NCBI GenBank assembly: GCA_002269645.1
Contig: NIVC01001468.1
Span: 89,870 to 153,869 of the forward strand
DNA length: 64,000 bases
Origin: Macrostomum lignano
Taxonomy: Eukaryota
Direction: 5' to 3'
The number at the start of each line of letters is the position of its first letter. Positions within the stretch are counted from its first letter, which is position 1. The notes beneath the pieces were generated by a model. That model made no database searches and was not told the DNA's origin. It worked only from the letters and a program-made list of their open reading frames with translations. Position numbers and translations under genes: made by a program. Below, one piece after another: positions 36,408-49,441 of the stretch.

Positions 36408-39400
36408 ATGGCTTCGACAACTAACTCAACGGCCGCGGATGCAGATGCGACAACCGACACCGCGGACCCCAACAACTCAACTACTAGGCTGACCTACAAC
36501 GAGATGATTTGAGCAGTGACCGAGGAGGTGAGGCGGCGACTGGAGCAGGCCAACTTAAGACAGCCGCAGCACAATCACCATGTGTATCAGCCGCCCCAAC
36601 AGCCTGACCGAGCTCCAGCGCCAAAACTGGTCAAGATTCAGCAGTACACTCCGAACTAGGACTTTGATGTCTGGATCCAGGCCCTCAAGGAGCGTTGCGA
36701 ACTCAACCGGATTGTGGACGACAGACGTAAGAAGGCAGAAGTCTTAGTGAATTTGGACATCGCCACCACCTATCCCACAGTTGTCAGGATGGAACTGCCG
36801 GACAATCTGACATTTGGCGAATTCAAGCAGAGATTGTCTGAGCGCTTCACGCACGTGGCCAACACGCTGGAGTACTGTGAGCAATCTTGGGGCTGCCAGC
36901 AAGGCAAGAATGAGAGTGTGGATGACTATGGCAATCAATTAATTGCTCTGGCTGATAGAGCATTCCTGCACTTCACCCCGGTTCAGAAGCAGGCCGAGCT
37001 AGTGGACCAGTTCACCGTGGGAGTGCGAATTGCCCAGTCAGCCAGAGAACAGCTAATCCTGGTGCAATGGCAGAATCTAACCGCAGCAAGAAGGGCTGTG
37101 CTACGCCTAGAGACAGCAGCTAGTCTGGCTCAGCAAGTAGCACCACCGCCAGCAGCGAGACATGTCTGGGTTCTTGAGGATGACGATGGTCAGTCACCAA
37201 CTGGAGTGCAACACGACAAGTCATCTCAGCCTGAGGAGAATTGGTTGCATGAAGTGATGGAACAGCAAACTGAGACACTGCAAGAGCAGCGACATCTACT
37301 AGAAGCTTTGAGCAATGAGCTGCAAGAGTTCCACTCACTGGGATTGTGTAATAATGACACCTAGGAGCATTGGGAATCTGCTCACCACCAGCCGCAGGAC
37401 TCTTGGGGCCAACGCAACAGATGTTTGATGCCCTCAACTCCTCGCCGCAGCGCTGACGAGAGCGCCCAATTCAAGACACCCGGCACACGGATTGTGCAGC
37501 ACAAGCAGTTCCATCAACTTCAGCAACCACAAGACGGCAGCAACCCGCCGCCAAGGATGCTGCCAGCAGGAGGTCAACGTCAACAGCAGCAGCAGCAGCA
37601 GCAACAGCGACAGCCAAGTTTGAGGCTGCCACCTTATTAGCTGCGGCGACAAAGTGCAATGTGTTACAGGTGCAACTGCGAGCACTGCGCTGACGAGTGC
37701 CCACACTAGCAGTCGGCTAGCACCACTTCCCAGTGCAACAGCAGCTCGGGAAACGGGATGGCTGGACGCGCCAATGGGGGCAGCGCCATCCAGCAGCCAA
37801 GCCAGCACTAAAGTCCCCGCCACTGTTGAGACCCCCTCCGCTGCACCTGTACAGAACTCTACACCCAAGCGACCCTGAAGGGATCCGTTTCTAACTGGTG
37901 AGATTCAGGGTCGTTATTTTGCTTTTCTGTTTGACACCAGCTCCAAGTGCGAAGTCCTAGGATTCAGCACCTGGCACCGACTATGTACCAATGACCCGAC
38001 CCTGCGTGGCCCAGATCCTGACGCTTGGATCAAAGAGATTGACATCGGCGAGGACTTGTCCAATGACCAGCGCACTTAAGTCATCGAGCTATTGAAGAAG
38101 TACAAGACCATCTTCTTGCAGGGGCCACACGATCTTGGCCGAACCCACCTGGTCACCCACAACATCATATTGAAGGACAAGAATCCTGTACATCTGCCGA
38201 CCCGGCAGATTCCGCCGCATCTGCTGCCCAAGGTAGACCAGCTACTTGACGATCTGCTTGCCAAAGGCGTGATTAGACCGAGCTTCTCCAGCTACAACAC
38301 CCCGCTGGTGATCATCCCAAAGAAGGACGGCAGCCTGAGAATTGTACAAGACTTCAGGAGTCTGAACCAAAAGTGCAAGTACTTTCCGTACCCGATACCG
38401 AACATCCAGGAAGCGTTTGCTAGCCTTGAAGGAAGCCAGCTATTCAGCACGTTTGACTTGAACAGCGGCTACTATCAGATTCCACTGCATTCAGAGGATC
38501 AAGATCTGACGGCCTTGGCCACATTGCACCGCGGACAATTCGCCTACAATGTGATACCTATGGGATTAAGTTCGGCGCCAGCCAGCTTCATGCGCCTCAT
38601 GAACGCTGTGCTCAACGGGATCGCCTACAAAAGTGCAATAGCCTATCTGGATGACGTAATTGTCTATTCTAAGAAATTTAACGACCATCTACAGCATATG
38701 GAAGAAGTATTTAAGCGAATTCAAGATGCCAACCTAAAGTTCAAAGGCAGGAAGTCCCATTTATTTTGGGCAAGTTCAAACTATCTGGGACATCTAGTTA
38801 TTAAGGACGGAATCAAGACCGATCCGGCGAAGATTGAGGCTATTTACATGTAGACCTGGCCAACACCAAGAACAGCTCGACAACTTAAAAGTTTTGTCTG
38901 CATGTGCGCTTACTATGCTAAATTTGTACCTGGCTACGCAGAACTTGCAGCTCCGCTCCACGACTTAATTAAGGAAAAGAAGATTAGAAATTTCAACTGT
39001 CTATGGGTAAAAGCCTAGCAAGACGCATTTGATCAGCTCAAAGCAGCCATGACTTTGACATCAGTGCTCGCGTATTCGCAGTTCAGCGAGGATCCTAATG
39101 TTATGTTTATCCTAGACACGGATGCTTCTGCGACCAGAATCGGAGCCTGCCTGAGCCAACGCCAAGCTGACGGGATCAAGCGCCCAATTGGCTATTTCTC
39201 CCGGCGACTTAAACCGGCTGAAGCCTGATATCCAATTACTAAGCAAGAACTCTTGGTAGTCGTAGATGGGATGCGGCACTTCTGCTTCTACCTGCTGGCC
39301 AAGAAGTTCATTTGCCGAACCGACCATGCAGCATTGACGTGGATTCTCCGGCGAACTCAGCAAGTAGGCATCTTTGGACAATGGCTACAGCAGCTAAGCA

Positions 39401-41603
39401 AATTCGAGTTCAGAATCCAGCATCGCAAATCGAGTCAGCACCAAAACGCCGACAGTCTCTCGAGATAGCCCGAGGCATGGAGGAGGCTCAGCGAGAGGCA
39501 GCTGATGAGGACCAAAGTAAGCAGCCAGCCGCAATAACTGGCACAGTGGCGCCGAAGGTCCACAACAGCAGCCACCCTAGCCCTCCACCGAACAAGAAGC
39601 CGTCGACCCACCAGAAGTGTCAAAGACTGCCAATGAAGCTGAAGGAGTCCAATGGCGAGGCTACGCCGCCAGCAACACCGACAGCCGACAGCAAGCCGCT
39701 GACAGAGCTGTACCCACCAGCGACGAAGCTGAGGCCAATGGCCAGCCGTTATGATGACTCGCAGAGGTCGCCTACCAGTTTCAGTAGCACGACATGTTGC
39801 CCGTCAAGGAGCCGCCAACTACTAGCTGGAGATGGCACGGACAGCGACCACAGCGCAGCCAGAGAGGACAGCTGCCAACCCGCTCACTGCCCGAAGTTTG
39901 AGAAAAGAGTGAGATTCAGCAGCGACACAAACAGCTCTGCTGACTCATCATCATCTGCTGACAAATCTGAATCCGACAACAGTGATGCCGAAACTATCGA
40001 TGAGGATCGACCTTTGGGCACATCAACAGCACGGCAACCGGTTCAAGTAGCGATCATGCGGAGGGAGCTCCAGACCCCGAACCATGACGCCACAGCCAAA
40101 GCTGCGCCAACTAATTTGACTAACTGACACCCAACATTGAATCTAACTGATCACATCTCGAGGCCAGTCACACGTGAGGAGCTCTAGACTCACCAGCGTG
40201 CTGACTTTGCCATCGCCATGATGATCAATCTTTTGGAAAGCCGACAGCCGAAGCCGCCATTGAAACAGTGATTAAATATGAGACGAGACGAACAAAATCT
40301 ATTAGCATTCTATAAACAGCTCGAAGTCTGAGATGACGGACTACTGGTGATACATCTCAACAATGTTGGCGAGGAAAAAACGGCATGGATTGTCCTGCCA
40401 AAGAGTCTTGACGCCACGATGTTCGCTGACCTCAACGGTTCACCCTACTGCGGACACATGGGCCAAGACCTCACCATTGCAAAGGTGCGCGAAAGGTTCT
40501 GGCGACCTGCCCTGGCCAAGGCAGTGTCCAACTATGTCGCTTCCTGCCAGACCTGCACTCAGAGCAAAGGACGGCAACGAATTCCGGCGCATGTACAATC
40601 GTTTCCAGTCTGTGAAATCTATGGGCAATGTGCGATTGACATCCTGGGCCCCACTGGAGACCCGACAGACCAAGGAAACAAGTACATCTTGACCTACGTC
40701 GACACTACGTCGAAATACTCCTTCGCCTTTGCCATGAAGAATCAGCGGGCCAAGACCATTATAATGCTCCTGCAGGAACAAGTGTTTCCGATCACCGGAA
40801 TCCCGGCATGGATTCACTCCGATCAAGGGAAACAGTTCACAGGACATGAGTTCTGGCACTTCTGCGAAGTATACGGCATCCGGCAGACCACGACGCCACC
40901 ATATTCGCCATGGGCCAATGGACAAGCCGAGTCGTGCAATAAGAACATCAAGAAAGTGCTCACCTGTCTCCTAGAAGACCATCAGCAATGGGACAAGAGG
41001 CTACCAGCCGCTTTAACAGCTTTAAGATCAGCAGTCAATTGTACAACCGGGTTCTCGCCGCATTATGTTGTCTACAGAGTGCCCTACAGGCATCCAATGG
41101 ATAACACCCTAGACTGACTGGATGTATCAGCGGATCTCCTGGAGTACATTGCCAAGCATCAGCGCAGACTGGCCGAGACAGAACAAATTGTGCGACAGCG
41201 ACTGAGGACTGAGATCCAGCGCCGAGAGGAGTACTACGAGAACCGACTGAAGCCCGTGGAGCTGCAGCCTAGAGACTTGGTCTGCCTGGCCAACCCGAAG
41301 CTTGAACTGGGAGAGCTGCCCAAGTTACACCGGCTGTACAAAAGTATATACAAGGTCGTCAAGAAAGTCGGAGAAGTGGCGTATTGGATCAAGCCAGAGA
41401 CAGCCCACCGAGGACGCCCAGCTGAAATTCTAGTTCACTATAACATCATCAAGGTGCCGCAGATGATGGCAGATCGACCACAGGAGCCGCCGCGCCAGAC
41501 AGAGCGGCCAATGCTGCCCTATGAGTCGAACGAAGACAGCAAAGTCGACCCAGCCGATCAGCCCGCGCCAGAGCAGCTGGCCACAGCTCAGCCTGACCTG
41601 TGA
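36408..41603 (+). pseudogene. gag-pol pseudogene of the gypsy element
   Basis: gag from ATG 36408 with a CYRCNCEHCADEC knuckle near 37660-37700. Truncated protease (FLFDTS, about 37930). RT 38092-38850 (PMGLSSAP, YLDD). RNase H (LDTDAS, ELL, RTDH, NADSLSR). Integrase (H..C..C, AIDILGP, IHSDQG, GQAESCNK). Many in-frame stops. Confidence 0.92.
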
Positions 41604-42474
41604 GGCAGTCAGCTGTTCGAGCCCAGCTTGCACCACCCTGAGGTGCTCGCCGAAGGCGATCCGAACCTGCCTGACATCGGCATGGAGATGGAGCTCTAGA
41701 AGGTAATTACCAGCATTTTTTTATTGCACCTAATAGCTAAATTACCGATGCGCAATACTATGAGTAGTCAAGTCTGTGAACGCATTCTGAATTAAATTTT
41801 GCTGTAAGCTTTCTCTGCACCCATTTTGTGCTGAAAGCAGATTTCAATTTCTCCGTTCAATTTTGGTTTCCTTATGCTTTTGGGATAAAAGCAGGTGTCA
41901 AATTTGCTGTAATTTTGGTTTCCTTAAGCTTTCAGGATAAAGCAGGCATTAATTTTGCTGCAGTTTCTCCATGTACTCTCATGCTTGATGGCAAAAGCAG
42001 TGCTCCCAATGTACTTTCCTTTGCTTGAGGGATAAAAGCAACTAATTTTCTGTCCATTTCCTTATGCTTGATGGCAAAAGCAGTGTTTCTCAATGTACTT
42101 TCCTTATGCTTGAGGGCAAAAGCAACTAATTTTTCCAATTTCTGCTCCTTACACTTTCTGGTCAAAAGCATTTGAACATTGTGCTCAATGCTCAATTGGT
42201 GCCCATATTTAACCAATGCGACCCGCACTTCTGCGTTCTGATATTTAGCCTTAGGCTTGATTGAAAAGCCAACACCTACGCGACAATTATTTATCCGCAT
42301 GCGATTCATTAATTTTGCTCAATTGCGTGTCAATAACTTGCAAAGTTTTATTTCAGTTGTAAACCTTGCAGTCCTTGCTTATGGCTGAAGGTATCTTTTA
42401 ATTTTTGCAAGCCATGTTGCTCTGGTGCCCCCAGCGTTTGCTCCGCGAGATCACTGCATCAACTTATTTCTGCT

Positions 42475-42954
42475 ATGAATTCCGAGAACAACAACACCAA
42501 CCCGAATGCCTCCGCCGAGCCGCCGACCACCCGGGCATCCTGGCTTTCATCCTGTGAGTCGGATGCCCTACGTCCCTACACTGCCGCTGCGAGCGGCATG
42601 TCGCCAGCCTGCGACCAGTTGCGCCGGGCGTTGAACACGGCCTATCTACTAGCGGCTGAGAAGGGCCGAGTCCAAGTGGACGCGCCATGGCAGGCCCTGT
42701 GCCACCAGATGCCTCCACCTGCCACCCACAATCTACTTGATAAAACACTGCAGCGCGCTGAGGAGAGTCTACAACAAGGAGGACCCCAGCCGGTCCTCGC
42801 CTTGCTGCTGGTTATCGCGTATTGGGAGGCCAGCCACCTCTAGCAAGGCTGGCTCCTGCATCTGAGACAGTTTTGGGACGCTGCTATTGAACGCCGTCCC
42901 AAGCGCCTGCATTTTGATGGCCAGCAGCTGCAGCTGCTCGGCGCACTACCCTAG
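42475..42954 (+). pseudogene. Extra ORF (ORF3) of unknown function between integrase and the 3' LTR
   Basis: ATG-initiated 122-aa ORF. Reading through the TAG at 42841-42843 gives about 36 more plausible residues (QGWLLHLRQFWDAAIERRPKRLHFDG...). No env features. Confidence 0.45.
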
Positions 42955-43080
42955 TCGAGGTCAAACCAGTCCGACCCTGATGCCCCTGCTTGCCGCGGCC
43001 AGCGACACGGGGCCGCCAAACTTAGAAGACAAACGGAGGCACTTATCAACTGTTGCCAGGTCCCCTGGCGCCTTCGCACA

Positions 43081-44121
43081 TGTGGTAGGCCGGTCTACCA
43101 CAGGGGCTCCTGCAACGGTTGGCAACACGTGAAGCGCCTCCACCCGGTGGGACAATATTTGATGTCATTTCTGCTCTCCTGGATGAACTGTGCACTTTCC
43201 CCTTGTTGCCCCCACCTTTGGTCCAATTATTGCCCCTTCCCTTGGTCCCGCTTTGTTTTGCTATGTTCCTCCCGGGGTTTGTCCCCTTTTTCCCACCAGT
43301 GTTCCCCTTGGTATTCCCCCAATTGAATCCATGTAACAATTTTGTATAAAAATCATTGCATTTACTTCTTTTTCTTCTGCCCTCCCTTCAACTACTGTTT
43401 TTCCTGCTCTTGCCTCTGTTTAGTTAAGTTGTGAATTTGTAGTTAACCGCCTGTTTGACACTGTCTTGTAATCATCCGTCAAATTTAATAGGGTGCGACA
43501 TTCATTTTATTGCCTAAATCCATTTATTAGTCAACTAAGTTGTCAATTGCTTATTAACCTCGTGGAAAATAGTAATTTTCTTAATCATTGACTACAATAG
43601 TAATTGATTGCTAATAGTAACGAACAATAATACTAAGTTTTATATTTATATTTATCCAGTTGGTCTTAATCGAAGCCTCTAGTTTATATTGAGTTCTTTG
43701 CCCATGGGGCATAAAATAACCAATCAGTCTCAACTCAAAGAAAGCTCTGAGACCCTCAATGTTCTGTAAAACGACATTTATGGTGTTGGCAGCACTACTT
43801 TACTACTGAAAGTAACACAACTAGCAATCTCGACAAATTACGAGTTTACGGTGTCTGAGGACCCATTCTGAACAACCCGGGCCGCTACAAGACTGCTCGA
43901 CTACGATTACGACTACCCTCCCCCCTGGAATTGAGGACCCCGGCAGACAGAGTATCCAAGGAGAAGACTCAACACAGCAACTTGTGCAATTTTCCGGCTT
44001 TACGTGTGCCAAGACAACACTGGCGGAAATTCAGACGTAGAATCTACCCTACCTCACTGGTGTTGACTAACAATTCAAACCGCCAATTTAAAAAACCTAA
44101 ATCTTCTCCACTCCCACCTCA
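43081..44121 (+). repeat. 3' LTR
   Basis: Direct repeat of the 5' LTR, followed by TSD ATAT. Confidence 0.93.
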
Positions 44122-45684
44122 ATATTATAATTGAAAAAGCCATTAATATACTAAAGAACAAAAAAGTGCTAATTTTCTGTCCACAAAAATATTGCCTTAT
44201 TGAAAGTTTTTGTCTTGCACCAAATTGCGCCAATTTTTTTTGTCTTACACTCTTACACTATATTGTACCAGCTTCTCTACCTCTAGCTTCTCTACCTCTC
44301 TACCTGCCTACTGTTGCACCAAAATGTGCCAGTGCAGCACATGTTCAATGTCTTTTTGCTCTTTTTTTTGTCTTTTGGCCACTTCCTGACTGGCATATAT
44401 TTTTGGTTGAATAGTCAATTTTTCAAGTAGGCTAGACTAACCTTGAAAACAGAAAAGTAAGTGTTGTTCATAATAATTTATTTTCTATATTTAAATTTCA
44501 CAAAATTCTAATTTTGATTTTAATTTTACAGACTAAATTTTAGGAACATCTTTATAAGCTATGGTGTATATTCAATCAAATATATTCTAACTTTAGTGAT
44601 AGATTAGGCTAAAATTTAATTTGGTAAATAATTTATTAATATAGAATATAATATAAAAAACATTTAGTTTATTTGATAGCTATAGGACTAGGAGGAGCTT
44701 TTTAAAGATTTTTTGTTTAGAGCCTTAGGCAAAGAATATTTGCCTTCAAATATAAACATTTGAAATTGAAGCCCTACAGCCTATTTTTGGATATTGGGCT
44801 ATTTCAATATTGGATATTATTTATACATATTTTTTTCAAGATTTAAACCTGACGTAAGTTTTAAAATAAGAGAAAGCTTAGATTTTCAATTACCAAATCA
44901 AAAAGGGGTAGGGGCCTACTATAAAAACTGGATTGCTAGGCCCTAGCCTAATAATATATTTAGTATATTTAGATTTTTTATTACTCGGATAAAATAATCT
45001 AATACATATCTCTGGTTATTCTAAAAGTACAAATAATCTGCCTGGCTGAATTGAACATAGTATTGCATTGTAATTTTACTGGAAGCTTCTTCCGTTACTT
45101 TTCTTCTGAATCAAATGATCTTCTGTAAATTGAGTCGAGGTCTTTAAGCTATATTTAGAATTTTACTTAAAAACAAACTGTCATTGTGATTTTATTAGTA
45201 TTTACTCCCACAAACAAACTTTTTGACCAATATGCACAATATATCTTGATTACGAAGATTATTATTATGATTATTTTAGTAGCTAAAAGTAGAACTTTTC
45301 AACTTAGCCAACACGTTTTTACCAATTTAAATGGCAGATGAGTATAACAAAACCCTAGAATAAAAATGTACGTTTTCGTTTACCTTGAGTGATAAAGGTT
45401 CGTACTTTGTGAATAGCTTTCGAGAAATCTTTTTTTTTAATCGCACTAGCTAAAATTTCATTGGTCCCCAGTTTCTACAAAACCCAAAAAATGTTTAAGA
45501 TCCGTCAGTACTCAAATTAGTAGAAGGACGCAAAACTAAGTTTCTTAGAAAATTTTCAGAGGCAGTTTTTTAAAAATAATACGTTACGGACTTACTTTGA
45601 CTTAGCTGCAGGGCTGTCCCGGAGGGGACACAGCGGGAAGGCGCGGGCGCCCATTCCGCTAGTCCCTGAACGGCCGACGCGTCG

Positions 45685-48600
45685 CTATGGACGGAGGGTT
45701 GGCGCCGCCCAGGGAGGTCCCCCAGTGTCGCCAGCAGCTATAGTGCTCTCTGGAAAGGAGAGTTCAGCCCTGCGGGTGGCCCGAAGGTAGCGCATTAGCT
45801 GATTAAAGTTTTCGGGTTTGCACGCTTCAGTAATAGATGTGTGTGGCCCGAGGTAAGTGAGTCTGGCCCACGTGAAGGCGGGACAGATGCTGACGAAATG
45901 CTCAGCGGTTTCGTCACCTGAGTTGCAGAAACTACAGGTGGCGTTGTTGGCGTTGCCCTGCAGGTACTGGTGCCTGGAGAAGCAGCCGTGACCAGAGAGG
46001 GTCATGGTGGCAGCCCGGATGTCTCTGCGCGAGAGGCGCAAGAGGAGCTTCCGGAGCTGGTGAGAGGGCTGAGGGACAGCGCCTCTGGATTGCCTGCAGT
46101 TCGTGCGGTTCGCCCAAGTCGAGCGGTGCTGAGTCCTGATCCACGCTTTGATGCGCGAGTCGATGACACAGCCAGGAATCGGGACAAGAGGTTCGGGGCC
46201 GAGAGAGGAGCCGGAGGCACCAACTTTTGCAAGGGTGTCAGCCAACTCATTTCCTCGGATCCCCACATGCCCCGGAACCCACTTAAGGGTAATTTTGTTG
46301 GCGGAACCCAACACGTTGAGGAGTTTGATACAGTCGAGGACTGTAGCAGAGTTGGTGCTGCAGCCACTGATGGCGTGCAAGGCAGCTTGGCTGTCCGAAT
46401 GGAAAATGATGTTCTTACCAGTAACGCCAGTGGCGAGAAGCTCTGCAGTGCAGGAGCTGATGGCCAGAACTTCATTTTGGAAAACACTGGAGTTGACCCC
46501 AGTGTATTGAGCGTGGGTAGCGATGACCCCCCGTTCAGAAAGATTCCAACACCAAAGCCGGTGTTGGCTGACTGCTTAGAACCGTCGGTGTAGCAATGAG
46601 CTCACCAGGGTTCCATTGGTCATTGATGTTATCGCGCGAGTCGATAGCTACGGAGTAGCGCTGTCTCAGGTTGAGCGTTGAGGCAATGCCATCGGTGAAG
46701 ACGCGATTGGCCTGACACTCGTTGAGAAAGTTGAGGCACAGATCGCTATGCGGGACAAGGTTCCGCTTAGCAGGTGCTCTCATGTAAATGAATTTGACGC
46801 CGGCATCAATTAGACGCGCGTCGTTCTAGCCGCCTCACCCCTGATGAAGAGGTCAAGAGGCGGAAGATTAAGGAAGGCCCCCATGCCAGCAAAGGGCGTG
46901 GACCTGGTGGCGTTGCAGATGAGCCTACACGCTCTGCCTTGGATCGTGTTGAGCAGGTCTGCATGGCTTTTGACCTGGGTAGCGCTAACCCAGACAACAG
47001 AGGCGTACGTAATGGCAGGTCTAACTACGGAAGTATAGATCCACCAAAGCCGCTTTGGGGATAGACCCCAAGAAGTGCCAAGTGCTCGTCGGAGCTGGGC
47101 CAGGATGGCTGAGGCACGCTTGGCTTTTGCTTTCACGTGGAGGACCAGTTGAGCCGGTGGTCAAGTATGACCCCGAGACATCTGGTCTGGTGCGCGAAGG
47201 CAATATCTCTGCCGTAGAGCTGCAGAGGACGTATGTTCCAGCGTAGTCTGCTGGTAAACATAATGGCAACGGTTTTGGGCTCAGAGAGTTCCAGACCATT
47301 GTCATTGGCCCAGGATTCTGCTTTGCGGATAAAGCTCTGCATCAGATCCCTGAGCGTGCTGGGAGACGGTCCTGCCACAATGGCCGTGACGTCATCAGCA
47401 TACCCGACTTTGAAGACGGGGTCGGGTCGGGAGTCACTCAAAGAGCGTCCATGACCAGGTTCCAGAGCGTCGGGGTGAGGACTCCGCCTTGGGGTCCACC
47501 CTTACAGACTCTGGTGGAGGCAGTTTGCCCAAGAAGTTGGGCAGTGACCGTACGGTTGGAGATCATGTACATGATCCACCGTATGATGGTAGCATGAGCT
47601 TTGCGATTTTGAAGGGCCCTCTGAAACGCTTCAAAGATAACGTTGTCGAAGGCGCCAACAATGTCAAGAAAGAGAGCCAGAGCGTAACCGTCACCCAGTA
47701 CCGCCCTTTCAATCTTCTCGACAATCGCATGCAGGGCGCTGTCAGTCGACCTCCCGGTACGGAAGGCGTGCTGATTATTGCTGAGGGGCATCGCTGTCAG
47801 CTCGCAGGACAGCAGCCGCCAGAGAATAAGCCTCTCAGTGAGCTTAAGCATTGCTGACGTTAAGCTAATAGGCCGGAAGGCCTTGACGCTTTGGTAGTCG
47901 CCCTTCCCAGGTTTGGGAATAAAGACTACCCGAGCTTCAGTCCAGCATTTGGGAACGTATCCCAGCTGGATAGAGGCCCGCATAAGATTGCGGGTGAGTC
48001 TCAGGAACGAGGGTATCTTGGCTGCTTCACGAAGGAGAACAGGGTAGATACCATCAGGTCCAGGAGATTTGAAGGGTTTGAAGGTTCTGACCGCACGAGC
48101 GATTAGGTCTTCAGTGACAATGCCCGCCGCTAGGGTGGCTCCATCCATCGAATGGTTGGGCTCCGGTCTAGCAGTAGGTACCCTCGGGAAGAATGTGCTA
48201 AGCATATGCTGAAGCACTTCTTCAGGGTCTTTAGTAAGAGAGCCATCATCTTTTTTGATCATGGCTAATTTGGACATTTTGTCCATTGTAAGGGCCTTGA
48301 CAAGCCTAGAAGTAGGTCTGTCTTGATCCAATTCATTGCAGAATTGGCGCCACTTACATTCTTGGCCTTGCGCACTTCAGATTTGAAATTGCGGGAGGCT
48401 TGCCGGAAAAGCTCCATGTCCTCCGGGTTTCCGGTCTTCATGGCACGGCGATGAAGGCTTTTGGCCTTCCGCCTGAGTTTCCCCAGCTCCGGGTTCCACC
48501 ACGGCGCCGAGGTCTTGCCTTTGTAGGCGCGAGCAGGACAAGCCGCTTCGTAGGCTGCAATAATGCAACCTGTCAGCGTCTCAGCCATATGATCCACATC

Positions 48601-49419
48601 CTCGCAGGTCTCAATCGGACGTAAGTCCGTGAGTTCCTGCAGGTGCAGATCAAGGGTAGCCTTGTAGGCTGCCCAATCAGTGTTGCGGATATTGCGTCTC
48701 CAAGTGATCGGAGACTGGGTTTTAGTGTCCGCGATGTTAAAGGCGATAAAGCAGTGGTCAGACAGGGAGGGCTCCTCAGACCAGACTCTCCACTCCTCAA
48801 CTCTGTCAAAGAGTCTTGGGGTAACGAGTGTGGCGTCGAGGACCTCGGCCCATCTGCCATTATTAAAGGTAGGAGTGCTGCCGCGGTTGCAGAGCATGAG
48901 GTTTGTGTTAGAGATGAGGGCCAGAAGCTCCTCTCCTCTAGTGTTGGTATCTTTGCTGCCCCAGTGCTTGTGGTGCGCGTTGAGGTCGCCCCCTAAGCAC
49001 AGCTCAGCGTTCTGGGACTCGCAGTACTGCGCGAGGCGCAGTAAACTCTCAGGAGCAGGGTCTCTGTCGCCTGGGATATAAACCGAGGCAACAAGACACG
49101 TACGCGGAGAGAAATGATTAGATTGGATGACGCAAAGGTCTCCATCAGAGAGATCAGTCCTCAGCCAAGCCTGGAGATGGCTAGCAGCGAGGATAGCCGC
49201 TCTAGGGCGGCTGTTCCCCGGGCCACACACATAAAAATCAGAGTAGCCAGAGGGAATGTTGGGCAACTTACCGTTGCGCATCCAGGGTTCCTGGATCAGG
49301 ATGAGGCCTGGCCTGTACAGCTCAGCAATCTTCATCAGATTTACTGACGCAGATACGCAATGCTGTAAATTAATTTGCAGACAGAATGTCGCTCCTTTGG
49401 CAGCGTGGAGCTTAGTCAT
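45685..49419 (-). CDS. LINE ORF2: AP endonuclease, reverse transcriptase, RNase H and CCHC finger (several single-base frameshifts)
   Basis: APE: QINLQH, LIQEPW, GGDLNAH, SDHC. RT: FRPISL, PQGGVLTP, YADD. RNase H: YTDGSK, VFQNEV, HSDSQAA, WVPGHVGIRGNELAD. C-terminal CSFC...HFVSIC. Confidence 0.93.
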
Positions 49420-49441
49420 ACTGTATTAATGCAATTTCTGG

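Larger units (their letters stand above)
35298..44121 (+). mobile_element. Full-length but decayed Ty3/gypsy LTR retrotransposon (8.8 kb)
   Basis: Two LTRs of about 1.04 kb (TG...CA), 4-bp TSD ATAT (35294-35297 / 44122-44125), a PBS, and domain order gag-PR-RT-RH-IN (integrase last, as in gypsy). Confidence 0.95.

Noticed and set aside
44130-45570. AT-rich segment between the gypsy element and the LINE
   Set aside because: No repeat period, terminal structure or ORF was found.
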